A DNA stretch of 64,000 nt, from NCBI GenBank assembly GCA_900554175.1, contig USGK01000005.1, positions 3,707 to 67,706 of the forward strand, given 5' to 3'. The translations under genes and the position numbers were made by a program. Positions 55,565 to 64,000 of this stretch are shown here, one piece after another. The notes under the pieces were generated by a model. That model was not told the origin of the DNA. It saw only the letters and a list, made by a program, of their open reading frames with translations, and did no database searches. Source of the stretch: an uncultured Clostridium sp. (GTDB taxonomy: Bacteria > Bacillota > Clostridia > TANB77 > CAG-508). Each line of letters opens with the position of its first letter. Position 1 is the stretch's first letter.

Positions 55565-58500
55565 TTACATTCCTGTAAGTGGTAATATTTTATATATCAA
55601 TGTTTTCCACTTGGATTCTTTTGTAATTTTATATCCGTCATATTCTCCTTCTAAATAGGCTATATTTACGAATTCAGCTTCACTTTTTGCTTTTGAATTT
55701 ACTTTCGCATAAATTTTAGGTTTGTTTTCCTCTTCAAAACCAATATCTACTTTTTTAAATTCTAATTTTATTTCTGTAATATATTCATTATCTGAAAGTT
55801 CTTTTATAAAGTCAACTTGTGTATTTTCTTTACTAGATAAATCTTCCATTAATAATTTATAGTCTGTAGTTATATTGGTTTTATAATATATATTATATTT
55901 ACAATCTTTATTAAATGTTCCTGTTTCAAATTTTGTTACTTTTATATATTCTGTTGGAATTTTATCTATAAAATATAAATTATCTAAAATAACATTTGAT
56001 AAATTTTTTATCTTAAATTCGTATTTAAATTCTTCATTTGGACTTAATTTTTCCGGTCCTGTTTTTTCTATTTCAATTTCTGGATTCTTTGATTGATTTT
56101 CTAATTTTACTTCTACTATTTCTCCATTTTCTTTTATTTCTACATCACTAATATTTTCGTCAAGTATATACCACTTATTTGTTTCTATTTCTTTGATTTT
56201 ATACTTTCCCTTTGGAAGTAATGATGATATTGCTATTCCATCATTATTAGTAGTTATTTTCTCAATAAAATTTTTATTTACGTCATATATTTCAAAAGAA
56301 ACGTCTTTAAGTTTTGTTCCTGCTTTTTCGTTTGTTATTTTATTATCATCTTTACTTGTTTTTAATATTCTTATTTTTCCTTTTTTCTTTTCATTTTCAA
56401 ATTTTACATTTGTTATCTCATCTTCTTTTAGTTCTATTTTCTGTATACCTTCACTAATAATATATTCTTCTAGTGTTTTTGTTTCTTGAACTGTATATAT
56501 TTCATCTATAGGTAATTCTATAGTTTCTGCTTCTCCATTTTTATTTGTTGTTAATCTTTGGATTTCTTCTCCTCTTGAATTTTTCACAACAAATTCTACT
56601 CCTTGTAATAATATTTCTTTATTTTCTTTATCAACTTTTATTATTTTAATTTTTCCCTTTTTCTTCTCATTTTCTATTTTTAAATTTGTTGTATTGTTAT
56701 ATTCTATCTTCACTTGATATAATTCATTCTGTAATTTATAATTTTCTTTTGTTTTAGTTTCTTCAACAAAATAGTCTCCTATTGGTAATTCATTGCTTTC
56801 AGCTTCTCCTTTATCATTTGTCACTATACTTTGAACAACTTCTCCCTTTGAATCTTTTATATTAAATTCTACTCCTTGTAATAATATTTCACTATTATCT
56901 TTATCTACTTTAACTACTTTTATTTTTCCTTTCTTTTTTTCATTAGAAATTACTAAATTAGATACTTTATTTTCTTCTAAAGTTATTTCGTATATTTCAT
57001 TGTCCAATATATACTTTTCATCTGTTTCTTTTTCTTTTATATACAGACTTTTATAATCTCTAATTGGATATTTTGATGTATAAGCCTTGCCTTCTTCATT
57101 TGTTATTATTTCTTCTAAAACTTTACCATTTTTATCTATTACTTCAAATTTTACATTTGGTATTTTTATTTTATTATTTTCACTATCCACTTTTTCGATT
57201 TGTATACTTCCTTTTTTTAACTCATTTTCTACTGTGATAGTTGTTGTCTCGTCTTTTTTTATTTCTATTTTATCAATTTTAGTTATATTATACCATTTGT
57301 TTGTCTGTTTTTCTATTAATGAATATGTGCCTGTCCTTATTTTTCCTATATTAATTTCACCATTTTCATTTGTATAATATGTCCCTATTATTTTTTTAAA
57401 TTCATCACTATATAAGTCAAATCCTATATTTCCTAATGCAATATTATTATTATCTTTATCTACTTTATAAATTTTTAAACTTCCTTTTGTATGATTATTC
57501 TCTATATCTATATTTGATGTTTTATTATATTCTACATTAATTTTAAAATCTTGATTATTTATTTCATACATCTTATTTGTTTCAATTTCTTTTAATATAT
57601 ATGAACCTGGATATAAGTTTTCAAAACATGCCTCTCCATTTGAGTCTGTTTTAACTTCTTCTATTATATTTATTTTTGAATCTAGTAATGCAAACTTTAC
57701 TCCTTCTATAGGCTTTTTATTTTCTGAATCTTTTTTATATATTTTTATTTTTCCGGTATTTGTTTTTATATTTACATCAATTTCTGCTTCTTTATAACCA
57801 TATGTGTCACCTGTTACTATATAGTCTTGCGTTCCTTCTATTCTTGTTTTGCCATAGAATATAGGATATGTTTTGCTTTCAGCTTTAATTGAAATTTTTC
57901 CTGAGATATCATTTATAAATTTTTCTTTTGGTATCTTTACTTTGAATTTTTCTGTTCCTGAAAATTCTTTTTTTATATTATTATTAACATCTGTAATTAT
58001 TGTACCTTCTGGCATACTATATATTTCTTTTATTTGATATTTTTTTAAGCTAACACTTGATGTCACTTTATATTGAAAAGTATAATATTTATCCTCTTCT
58101 TTTAAATTACCTTCTTGTTGTATTTTTAAAGATGTTTTTTGAGTTTCTTTTCCATTTCTTCCAATATTTACTAAATGTTTTAAAATCTCTAACATTTTTT
58201 GTCCTTCTTCATCATCTTCATCTGCCGAAAATAGATTTATATCTGATTGTCCTAGCAAACAATATATTGCCATTTTTGTTACTGTAAATGCATCATAGTC
58301 TGATGTCAAACCTAACTCTGAGGCACTTTTATATGGATAACCGTTTTTTACTGCTCTCCAAATTTGATCATTTCCTAAAATTTCTTTTATATCTACATCA
58401 TAACTACCTGCTTCGCCTACTCCACTTAATTCTTTGTTCATACAATATGCAGGGTAGAATTTACCATTATTATAGTGTCCCACTATGCTACAAATTACAT

Positions 58501-58675
58501 ATGTGTATTTTCCTTTTGAATCTTGATAATATTTTAAATGATGATCTGCTTCCCCTATTTTTTGTATATATGCTTCTGTAAGTTCTGTCACTGCCAAAAT
58601 TGTATTAGAACAAGTAGATATCAATATTATAAATAATAATACTAATGGAAATATTTTTTGTTTTATTTTTTTCAT
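55565..58675 (-). CDS. large surface adhesin: signal peptide, thioester-domain-like N-terminus, six CnaB/SpaA-type repeats, DUF11-like domain, terminal LPLTG
   Basis: Repeats begin with NTGKIKIYKKD, TKGSLKIYKVD, KKGSIQIEKVD, KKGKIKVVKVD, KKGKIKIIKVD and KKGKIRILKTS, each followed by ...G..F.L......TN..GEA....L..G.Y...E. N-terminal PAYCMNKE...NGYPY...AFTVTKMAIY. Ends KILPLTGM-stop. Confidence 0.85.
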   Translation of the reverse strand: MKKIKQKIFPLVLLFIILISTCSNTILAVTELTEAYIQKIGEADHHLKYYQDSKGKYTYVICSIVGHYNNGKFYPAYCMNKELSGVGEAGSYDVDIKEILGNDQIWRAVKNGYPYKSASELGLTSDYDAFTVTKMAIYCLLGQSDINLFSADEDDEEGQKMLEILKHLVNIGRNGKETQKTSLKIQQEGNLKEEDKYYTFQYKVTSSVSLKKYQIKEIYSMPEGTIITDVNNNIKKEFSGTEKFKVKIPKEKFINDISGKISIKAESKTYPIFYGKTRIEGTQDYIVTGDTYGYKEAEIDVNIKTNTGKIKIYKKDSENKKPIEGVKFALLDSKINIIEEVKTDSNGEACFENLYPGSYILKEIETNKMYEINNQDFKINVEYNKTSNIDIENNHTKGSLKIYKVDKDNNNIALGNIGFDLYSDEFKKIIGTYYTNENGEINIGKIRTGTYSLIEKQTNKWYNITKIDKIEIKKDETTTITVENELKKGSIQIEKVDSENNKIKIPNVKFEVIDKNGKVLEEIITNEEGKAYTSKYPIRDYKSLYIKEKETDEKYILDNEIYEITLEENKVSNLVISNEKKKGKIKVVKVDKDNSEILLQGVEFNIKDSKGEVVQSIVTNDKGEAESNELPIGDYFVEETKTKENYKLQNELYQVKIEYNNTTNLKIENEKKKGKIKIIKVDKENKEILLQGVEFVVKNSRGEEIQRLTTNKNGEAETIELPIDEIYTVQETKTLEEYIISEGIQKIELKEDEITNVKFENEKKKGKIRILKTSKDDNKITNEKAGTKLKDVSFEIYDVNKNFIEKITTNNDGIAISSLLPKGKYKIKEIETNKWYILDENISDVEIKENGEIVEVKLENQSKNPEIEIEKTGPEKLSPNEEFKYEFKIKNLSNVILDNLYFIDKIPTEYIKVTKFETGTFNKDCKYNIYYKTNITTDYKLLMEDLSSKENTQVDFIKELSDNEYITEIKLEFKKVDIGFEEENKPKIYAKVNSKAKSEAEFVNIAYLEGEYDGYKITKESKWKTLIYKILPLTGM

Positions 58676-58782
58676 TAAAATCCTCCAATTATCTTAATAA
58701 TTTATTGGGACTTTAAGATTATTTTAGAAATTTATTTTAGAATATTTTTTGATTTAAATTGAATATGATTTAATATATTATG

Positions 58783-58811
58783 ATTATAACTATGAACTTT
58801 ATATTTGTCAA
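58783..58811 (-). promoter_or_regulatory. sigma-A type promoter of the adhesin gene
   Basis: TTGACA (58806-58811), 17 nt, TATAAT (58783-58788). Confidence 0.6.
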
Positions 58812-58862
58812 GGATTTTCGTTCGCCTTAAATTTACATTTTTTGATAATATTTCTTAAAGAC

Positions 58863-58892
58863 AAAAAAAGAAAGTAGTTTAATTCTACTCTC
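58863..58892 (-). terminator. intrinsic terminator after secG
   Basis: GAGAGUAG/CUACUUUC stem (one G-U pair) followed by U7. Confidence 0.55.
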
Positions 58893-58905
58893 CTAAAATA
58901 TCTTT

Positions 58906-59154
58906 TTATATTGCATATACAGCTCCTAGTGCAATGCATAAAACAACAAGTATTATTCCTAAAATTACTGTCCACTTTTTTTGTCTACCTTCTTTTGTAT
59001 TTCCTTTATTTTTTTCAAAGAAATTATTGGCAGACGAACCTGTTATTGTTGAAGATAATCCTGCATCTTCTTTTGACTGTACCATTGCTAAAATTATTAA
59101 GCCTACACATACTATAAAATAAATTATAAGTAATATAATTTTTACAACTTGCAT
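58906..59154 (-). CDS. secG: preprotein translocase subunit SecG
   Basis: 82 aa; two TM segments flanking a Gly/Ser-rich loop (QSKEDAGLSSTITGSS). Confidence 0.8.
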   Translation of the reverse strand: MQVVKIILLIIYFIVCVGLIILAMVQSKEDAGLSSTITGSSANNFFEKNKGNTKEGRQKKWTVILGIILVVLCIALGAVYAI

Positions 59155-59178
59155 TCGTTACTCCTCCTTAACAGATCT

Positions 59179-59367
59179 TTAGTCATTATTCTCTTTTTTT
59201 GCTACTATTTGTTTTCCATCATAATATCCACAATTTGAGCATAATGTGTGTGGTAATACTGGTTCTCCACAATTTGAACATTTTGCAAATTTAGGTGTTT
59301 CTAATTTCCATGTTGATCTTTTGCTATGTGTTCTTGCTTTTGACCATCTTCTTTTTGGTTGTGCCAT
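59179..59367 (-). CDS. rpmF: 50S ribosomal protein L32
   Basis: MAQPKRRWSKARTHSKRSTW...CSNCGEP...CSNCGYY. Confidence 0.95.
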   Translation of the reverse strand: MAQPKRRWSKARTHSKRSTWKLETPKFAKCSNCGEPVLPHTLCSNCGYYDGKQIVAKKENND

Positions 59368-59438
59368 TTTGTTTCCCTCCCTTTTGTGATAATATATATG
59401 TTGATACCATATTTCACTCTTTTAATTCATACTATAGA

Positions 59439-59467
59439 ATTATACATTTTTTTTCTTAATTTGTCAA
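59439..59467 (-). promoter_or_regulatory. sigma-A type promoter of rpmF
   Basis: TTGACA (59462-59467), 17 nt, TATAAT (59439-59444). Confidence 0.6.
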
Positions 59468-59556
59468 CCTCATTTATATTTTAGTTTAGTTTTTTTTGTA
59501 ATAAGCTGTTACAAATTATTCTGAATTTTGTTTATATTGCTTTTTTTATTCTTCTT

Positions 59557-60099
59557 TTAGAAATTTACATCAATATTATTTCTTACTTTAGAATCTTCAA
59601 TTTGAAATAAATCTGCATCTTTAAACCTAAAAATAGTAGCAATAATATTAAATGGTACTATATGTATTTTTGTATTGTAATTTGTTACATCCGTATTGTA
59701 AATTCTTCTTGCTGCTTGTAATTGACTTTCAACTTTTGAAAGATTTTTTTGTAAATTTAAAAATTGTTCACTTGCTTTTAGATCAGGATTATTTTCTGCA
59801 ACAGCTATAATTGTATTTAATTTATTATTTAATTCTTCCCCTATCTTTAAATCTTTCGTTTCTTTAAATCTTGTTCTTAACTCAGTTATTCTTTCTAATG
59901 TTTCTTTTTCATAACTTGTATATCCCTTTACTGTTTCTACAAGATTTGGTATTAAATCAAATCTTTGTTGACAATATACATCTATCCCTGATTTTGATTG
60001 TTTTACTTTCATTTTTAATTTGACAATTTTATTGTACTGTATAAGTACAATGATAAATAAAATAACTATTATTCCTATTATAATATATGTATTTTCCAT
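59557..60099 (-). CDS. lemA: LemA family protein
   Basis: N-terminal TM, then YNKIVKLKMKVKQSKSGIDVYCQQRFDLIPNLVETVKGY. Confidence 0.85.
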   Translation of the reverse strand: MENTYIIIGIIVILFIIVLIQYNKIVKLKMKVKQSKSGIDVYCQQRFDLIPNLVETVKGYTSYEKETLERITELRTRFKETKDLKIGEELNNKLNTIIAVAENNPDLKASEQFLNLQKNLSKVESQLQAARRIYNTDVTNYNTKIHIVPFNIIATIFRFKDADLFQIEDSKVRNNIDVNF

Positions 60100-60132
60100 A
60101 CAAATCCTCCTTTAATTTTATTATAAAATTTT

Positions 60133-61375
60133 TTATTTGATATTTTCATCTTTTACAAAATACTTTGTACCAAGCATCTTATCTGGTAAATATTGCTGTT
60201 CTACATAATGACCTGGAAAATCATGTGGATATAGATACCCTTCACTATAGCCAAAATTTTTCATTTGCTCTACTGGTGCATTTCTAATATGCATTGGAAT
60301 TGTTCCTGTATCTTTGCTTGATACATCTTCAAGTGCTTTGTTTATACCTAAATATGTAGCATTTGACTTTTTTGAATTTGCAACATATACCGCAGCTTCT
60401 GCTAAAATTATTCGTGCTTCCGGCATTCCAACCATATTTACAGCTTCCATTGCTGATGTTGATAAAATTAATGCATTTGGATTGGCTAAACCAACATCTT
60501 CTGAACTGCAAATTACTATTCTTCTTGCTAAAAACATTGGGTCTTCTCCACCATCTAAAGCTCTTGCAAGGTAAAATAATGTTGCATCTGCATCTGATCC
60601 CCTCATTGATTTTATAAAAGCACTTATATTATCATAATGCGAATCTCCTTTTTTGTCAAATGCTGCTTTTTTGTTTTGAATACAATTTTTTAAAATTTCA
60701 TCTGTTATTTCAATTTCGCCATTTGAATTCATTCCGTGTTGTAAGTACTGCTATTTCTAAAGCATTTAGTCCTGTTCTTACATCTCCAGCTGAAATATCT
60801 GCAAGTTTTTCAAGTGTTTTTTCTTCAATCTTTATATTATAATCTGCAAGTCCTTCTTTTTTATTTAAAGCCATTTTTAATACTTTTACAATGTCTTCTT
60901 TTGTTAAAGGCTCCAATTTTACAACCATTGATCTAGAAATTAAAGCTTTATTTACTTCAAAATATGGATTTTCTGTAGTTGCTCCAATTAAAATAATAGT
61001 ACCATTTTCCACATAAGGAAGCAAGGCATCTTGTTGAAGTTTATTGAATCTATGAATTTCATCTATAAACAAAACTGCTTTTCCTGTAGGATTTAACATA
61101 AAATTTTTTGTTTCTTCAATTACATTTTTTATATCTGCTACACCAGCTGTTACAGCATTTATTTTATAAAATTTATACTTTGTTGTTTCACTTATTACTT
61201 GAGCTAAAGAAGTTTTTCCACAACCTGGAGGTCCAAATAATATTAAACTTGTAAGCCTATCTGCTTTGATTGTTCTATATAAAATTTTGTCTTTTCCTAG
61301 AACATGTTCTTGTCCCACATATTCTTCTAAGGACTTTGGTCTAACCCTGTATGCCAACGGTTCATTACTGCTCAT
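60133..61375 (-). pseudogene. rarA: replication-associated recombination protein A (RarA/MgsA) interrupted by a +1 frame change
   Basis: The N-terminal AAA part (GPPGCGKTSLAQVI...) ends LNALEIAVLTT RNEFKWRN-stop (60710). The +1 frame continues GMNSNGEIEITDEILKNCIQNKKAAFDKKGDSHYDNISAFIKSMRGSDADATLFYLAR... to 60133. Confidence 0.8.
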
Positions 61376-61390
61376 AATCTCCCTCCTCTT

Positions 61391-62416
61391 TTAATATAAA
61401 AACATTGCATCTCCAAAGCTAAAGAATCTATATTTTTCATCTACAGCATGTTTGTATGCTTTCAAAATATATTCTCTATTAGCAAAAGCTGAAACTAACA
61501 TTAAAAGTGTTGACTTAGGTAAGTGGAAATTTGTAATCAATCCGTCAATACACTTAAATTTGTATCCTGGATAAATATAAATTCCTGTATCAGATTCAAT
61601 TGGTGCAACTAATCCTGTTTTTTCATCTGCTATTGTCTCTAAAACTCTACAAGAGGTTGTTCCAACTGCAATTACTCTTCCACCACTTTTCTTTGTTTCA
61701 TTTATTTTCTCTACATCTTCTTGTTTTATATAAAAATGTTCTGTATGCATTTTATGTTCTTCTATATTTTCTTCTTTAACAGGTCTAAATGTTCCAATTC
61801 CTACATGTAAAGTTACATTAGCAATTTTTACACCTTTTTCTTCTATTTTCTTTAAAAGTTCTGGTGTAAAATGAAGTCCTGCTGTTGGTGCTGCAGCTGA
61901 ACCTTCATATTTTGCATAAACTGTTTGATATCTGCTTTTTTCTTTTAAGCTTTCATGAATATATGGTGGAAGTGGCATTAGCCCTATTTGGTCTAGTATT
62001 TCGTTAAAAATACCTTCATAGCTAAATTCTACTTTTCTTGTTCCTCCATCCATTACATCTAGTATTTTAGCTTTTAATATACCGTCACCAAATATTACCT
62101 CAGTTCCTGGTTTTAATTTATTTCCTGGTCTTACTATTGATTCCCATATATCATTTTCTATTCTATTTAATAATACAAATTCTACATTTGCTCCAGTATC
62201 TTTTTTACCATAAAGTCTTGCAGGAATAACTTTTGTATTATTTCTAACTAAACAATCTCCTGGTTGTAAATAATCAATTATATCTTTAAAAACTTTATCT
62301 TCTATTGTCTCATTTTCTTTATTAAGTACCATAAGTCTTGATTCATCTCTTTTTTTTATCGGTACTTGTGCTATTAATTCTTCTGGTAAGTAATAATCGA
62401 ATTCTTCTAATTTCAT
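61391..62416 (-). CDS. queA: S-adenosylmethionine:tRNA ribosyltransferase-isomerase
   Basis: [17 protein letters not shown]...SRLMVL...[10 protein letters not shown]. Confidence 0.95.
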   Translation of the reverse strand: MKLEEFDYYLPEELIAQVPIKKRDESRLMVLNKENETIEDKVFKDIIDYLQPGDCLVRNNTKVIPARLYGKKDTGANVEFVLLNRIENDIWESIVRPGNKLKPGTEVIFGDGILKAKILDVMDGGTRKVEFSYEGIFNEILDQIGLMPLPPYIHESLKEKSRYQTVYAKYEGSAAAPTAGLHFTPELLKKIEEKGVKIANVTLHVGIGTFRPVKEENIEEHKMHTEHFYIKQEDVEKINETKKSGGRVIAVGTTSCRVLETIADEKTGLVAPIESDTGIYIYPGYKFKCIDGLITNFHLPKSTLLMLVSAFANREYILKAYKHAVDEKYRFFSFGDAMFLY

Positions 62417-62471
62417 TTCTTTTTTGGATATTTTTTAATATCTCTCTCCTTCTAATTTTATTTCATGTTTT

Positions 62472-63026
62472 TTATATATCAAAAAAATATGTTGATTCTA
62501 AATCTGCTTCATGTGTTAATAATGCAATTGGATATTTTTTATATGCTGCTCCTATTGTGTTATATAGTTCTTTTGGTTCAGTATATCCCATATGCCAGCG
62601 TATTGCATATTTTTCTTCGGGTGTTAGTTTTATGTATTCTGAAATCATCATGACTGATTTTTCTCCATGTCCATATGGAATTGTGTCATCTACTGTGTAA
62701 TAAGGAACTTTTTCCCATATCCCTAATGCATTTTTTGCATTTCTGTAATCTATCTTGTAAAAATTTGCCTTGCATATATCATGTAATAATGCAATTATCT
62801 TTATTGAATCTTCTGGAGTCGTTATTTCTATAGGTGTATGTTTTACTTTTTCTTTTAATATTTCATATACTTTCATACTATGTTCTAATAAACCATGTTC
62901 AAAGCATCCATGAAATCTTGTACTTGCTGGTGCTTCAAAAAAATCTGTTTTTTCTATAAATCCTATTAAATCTTCTATATTTTCTCTTTTTGTGCTTCTT
63001 AGTAGTTCTATAAATTCTTCTTTCAT
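62472..63026 (-). CDS. HD-domain phosphohydrolase
   Basis: RFHGCFEHGLLEHS...LLHDICK...YGHGEKS. Start moved to ATG 63026 because the track start lies inside the sigH terminator hairpin. Confidence 0.75.
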   Translation of the reverse strand: MKEEFIELLRSTKRENIEDLIGFIEKTDFFEAPASTRFHGCFEHGLLEHSMKVYEILKEKVKHTPIEITTPEDSIKIIALLHDICKANFYKIDYRNAKNALGIWEKVPYYTVDDTIPYGHGEKSVMMISEYIKLTPEEKYAIRWHMGYTEPKELYNTIGAAYKKYPIALLTHEADLESTYFFDI

Positions 63027-63061
63027 TTCCAATTTTATTCCTTCCTTTTGTTTATTCTTAA

Positions 63062-63087
63062 AATCAGCGAGTAACAACTCGCTGATT
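63062..63087 (-). terminator. hairpin after sigH
   Basis: AATCAGCGAG/CTCGCTGATT 10-bp stem with a weak T tail. Confidence 0.5.
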
Positions 63088-63102
63088 ACTTTTTTAACAT
63101 CT

Positions 63103-63756
63103 TTATGAATTTTTTTCTATTTTTTCTTTTATTTTTAAAGCTTTTTTTCTTATTCTTTGTATTGCAGTATCAACTGATTTTACTTTTGTATCGAGCTTTG
63201 TTGCAATACTTGCATAACTTTCTCCGTTTTTATATAAATTTAAAACTTGTCTTTCAAATTTACTTAAACTTTCGTCTATGTTTTTTTCTACAAGATCAAA
63301 ATATTCTTTTTTTGTCACTATATCTAATGGATCTTCTGCACCCTTTCCTATATCTAATACTTCCATTACAGATGTATCTTCATCTTCATCATATGCTGAA
63401 GCATTTAAAGATATTGAAGAATTTAATGGTATATGTTTTTGTCTATTTGAATTTTTTACTGCAGTAATTAATTGTCTTTCTATACATAACCCGGCAAATG
63501 TTTTAAATGAATTTTGTTTTTCGCAATCATATGATTTTACAGCTTTATATAGCCCAATATAGCCCTCTTGCATTATATCTTCTCTTTCTGAACCTACCAT
63601 AAAAAATTTATTGGCTTTTATACTTACTATATCTTTGTATCTATTCATTAAGCAATTTAAAGCCATATTATTATTATTGTCTGCAACTTCTCTTAATAAA
63701 TATTCATCTGACATTTGATTATATTCTTCTTTTTTTCCTTGTGGCACTATATTCAT
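63103..63756 (-). CDS. sigH: RNA polymerase sigma factor SigH (Spo0H-type)
   Basis: EREDIMQEGYIGLYKAVKSYD...SFKTFAGLCIERQLITAVKNSNRQKHIPLNSSISLN closely follows the SigH signature of Bacilli/Clostridia. Confidence 0.85.
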   Translation of the reverse strand: MNIVPQGKKEEYNQMSDEYLLREVADNNNNMALNCLMNRYKDIVSIKANKFFMVGSEREDIMQEGYIGLYKAVKSYDCEKQNSFKTFAGLCIERQLITAVKNSNRQKHIPLNSSISLNASAYDEDEDTSVMEVLDIGKGAEDPLDIVTKKEYFDLVEKNIDESLSKFERQVLNLYKNGESYASIATKLDTKVKSVDTAIQRIRKKALKIKEKIEKNS

Positions 63757-63795
63757 ATTGTAATTCTTCCTCCGACTTACTTTTTGTATAATTTT

Positions 63796-63824
63796 ATTAT
63801 ATTGATTAAATTAAGGGATGTCAA
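63796..63824 (-). promoter_or_regulatory. sigma-A type promoter of sigH
   Basis: TTGACA (63819-63824), 17 nt, TATAAT (63796-63801). Confidence 0.6.
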
Positions 63825-63853
63825 GCTTTTTAGCGATTTTTTTACAATTATTT

Positions 63854-64000
63854 TTATTTGCATTCATACCAGCTATTAGCCTCTGAAACTTCTGCAAGTA
63901 AAGGTACTCTCAATTTTGCTGCATCTTCCATACAGTTTTTTATTATTTTCTTTACTTTTTCCTTTTCCTCAACTGGTGCTTCGATCATCATTTCATCATG
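63854..64000 (-). CDS. polA: DNA polymerase I, C-terminal 48 codons (partial, continues beyond window end)
   Basis: Hand translation HDEMMIEAPVEEKEKVKKIIKNCMEDAAKLRVPLLAEVSEANSWYECK-stop. HDE motif C and the ...VPL...W..aK ending of family A polymerases. Confidence 0.8.
   Translation of the reverse strand, partial: HDEMMIEAPVEEKEKVKKIIKNCMEDAAKLRVPLLAEVSEANSWYECK

Noticed and set aside
55565-58675. Adhesin repeats as a mobile or recently duplicated DNA repeat family.
   Set aside because: The CnaB units are similar at the protein level, but the DNA is visibly diverged between units. This is ordinary domain tandem architecture, not identical repeats.
60329-60511. 60-aa minus-strand ORF inside the rarA C-terminal half, and the similar internal ORF at 12498-12686.
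   Set aside because: These are alternative-frame ORFs fully nested in genes with clear homology. They have no RBS, so I treat them as spurious.

Overview
Very AT-rich (about one quarter G+C by eye) chromosomal segment of a Firmicutes/Clostridia-like bacterium. It holds about 60 protein genes, nearly all on the minus strand, separated by textbook TTGACA-17-TATAAT promoters and hairpin/T-run terminators. The left 10 kb is a Wzy-type cell-surface glycan operon: initiating sugar transferase, four glycosyltransferases, two pyruvyl transferases, an FrhB-like Fe-S protein, an O-acetyltransferase and a polymerase. A glycosyltransferase remnant in it marks a cassette swap. The rest is mostly core: mntP, a VanZ-like gene, an O-antigen-ligase-like gene, argS-trpS, cysS, a class A PBP, greA, a divergent SecD / short SecF-like pair, ychF, plsC, murA, the rimP-nusA-ylxR-infB-rbfA-nrnA-truB block, ftsH, alr, a FemAB-like gene, ctsR-mcsA-mcsB-clpC with its CtsR operator, secG, rpmF, lemA, queA, sigH and the end of polA. 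RNA genes are tRNA-Glu(CUC), tRNA-Thr(GGU) and tmRNA. Accessory-looking genes are an orphan pilin-like LamG protein, three small low-complexity surface proteins, a 1036-aa thioester-like/CnaB adhesin whose LPLTG signal has no membrane tail, a Cys-rich small protein and a compositionally foreign 93-aa orphan. I saw no CRISPR, IS element, integrase or recognisable defence/toxin module, and no complete new multi-gene system. The most unusual observation is that two conserved genes (an HD hydrolase and rarA) are each split by a +1 frame change located at an in-frame CGG. I otherwise found that codon in frame only once in the window. This could be hungry/unassigned-codon frameshifting or a sequence-specific assembly error. 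All calls rest on hand reading of the ORF track and sequence; no searches were run.
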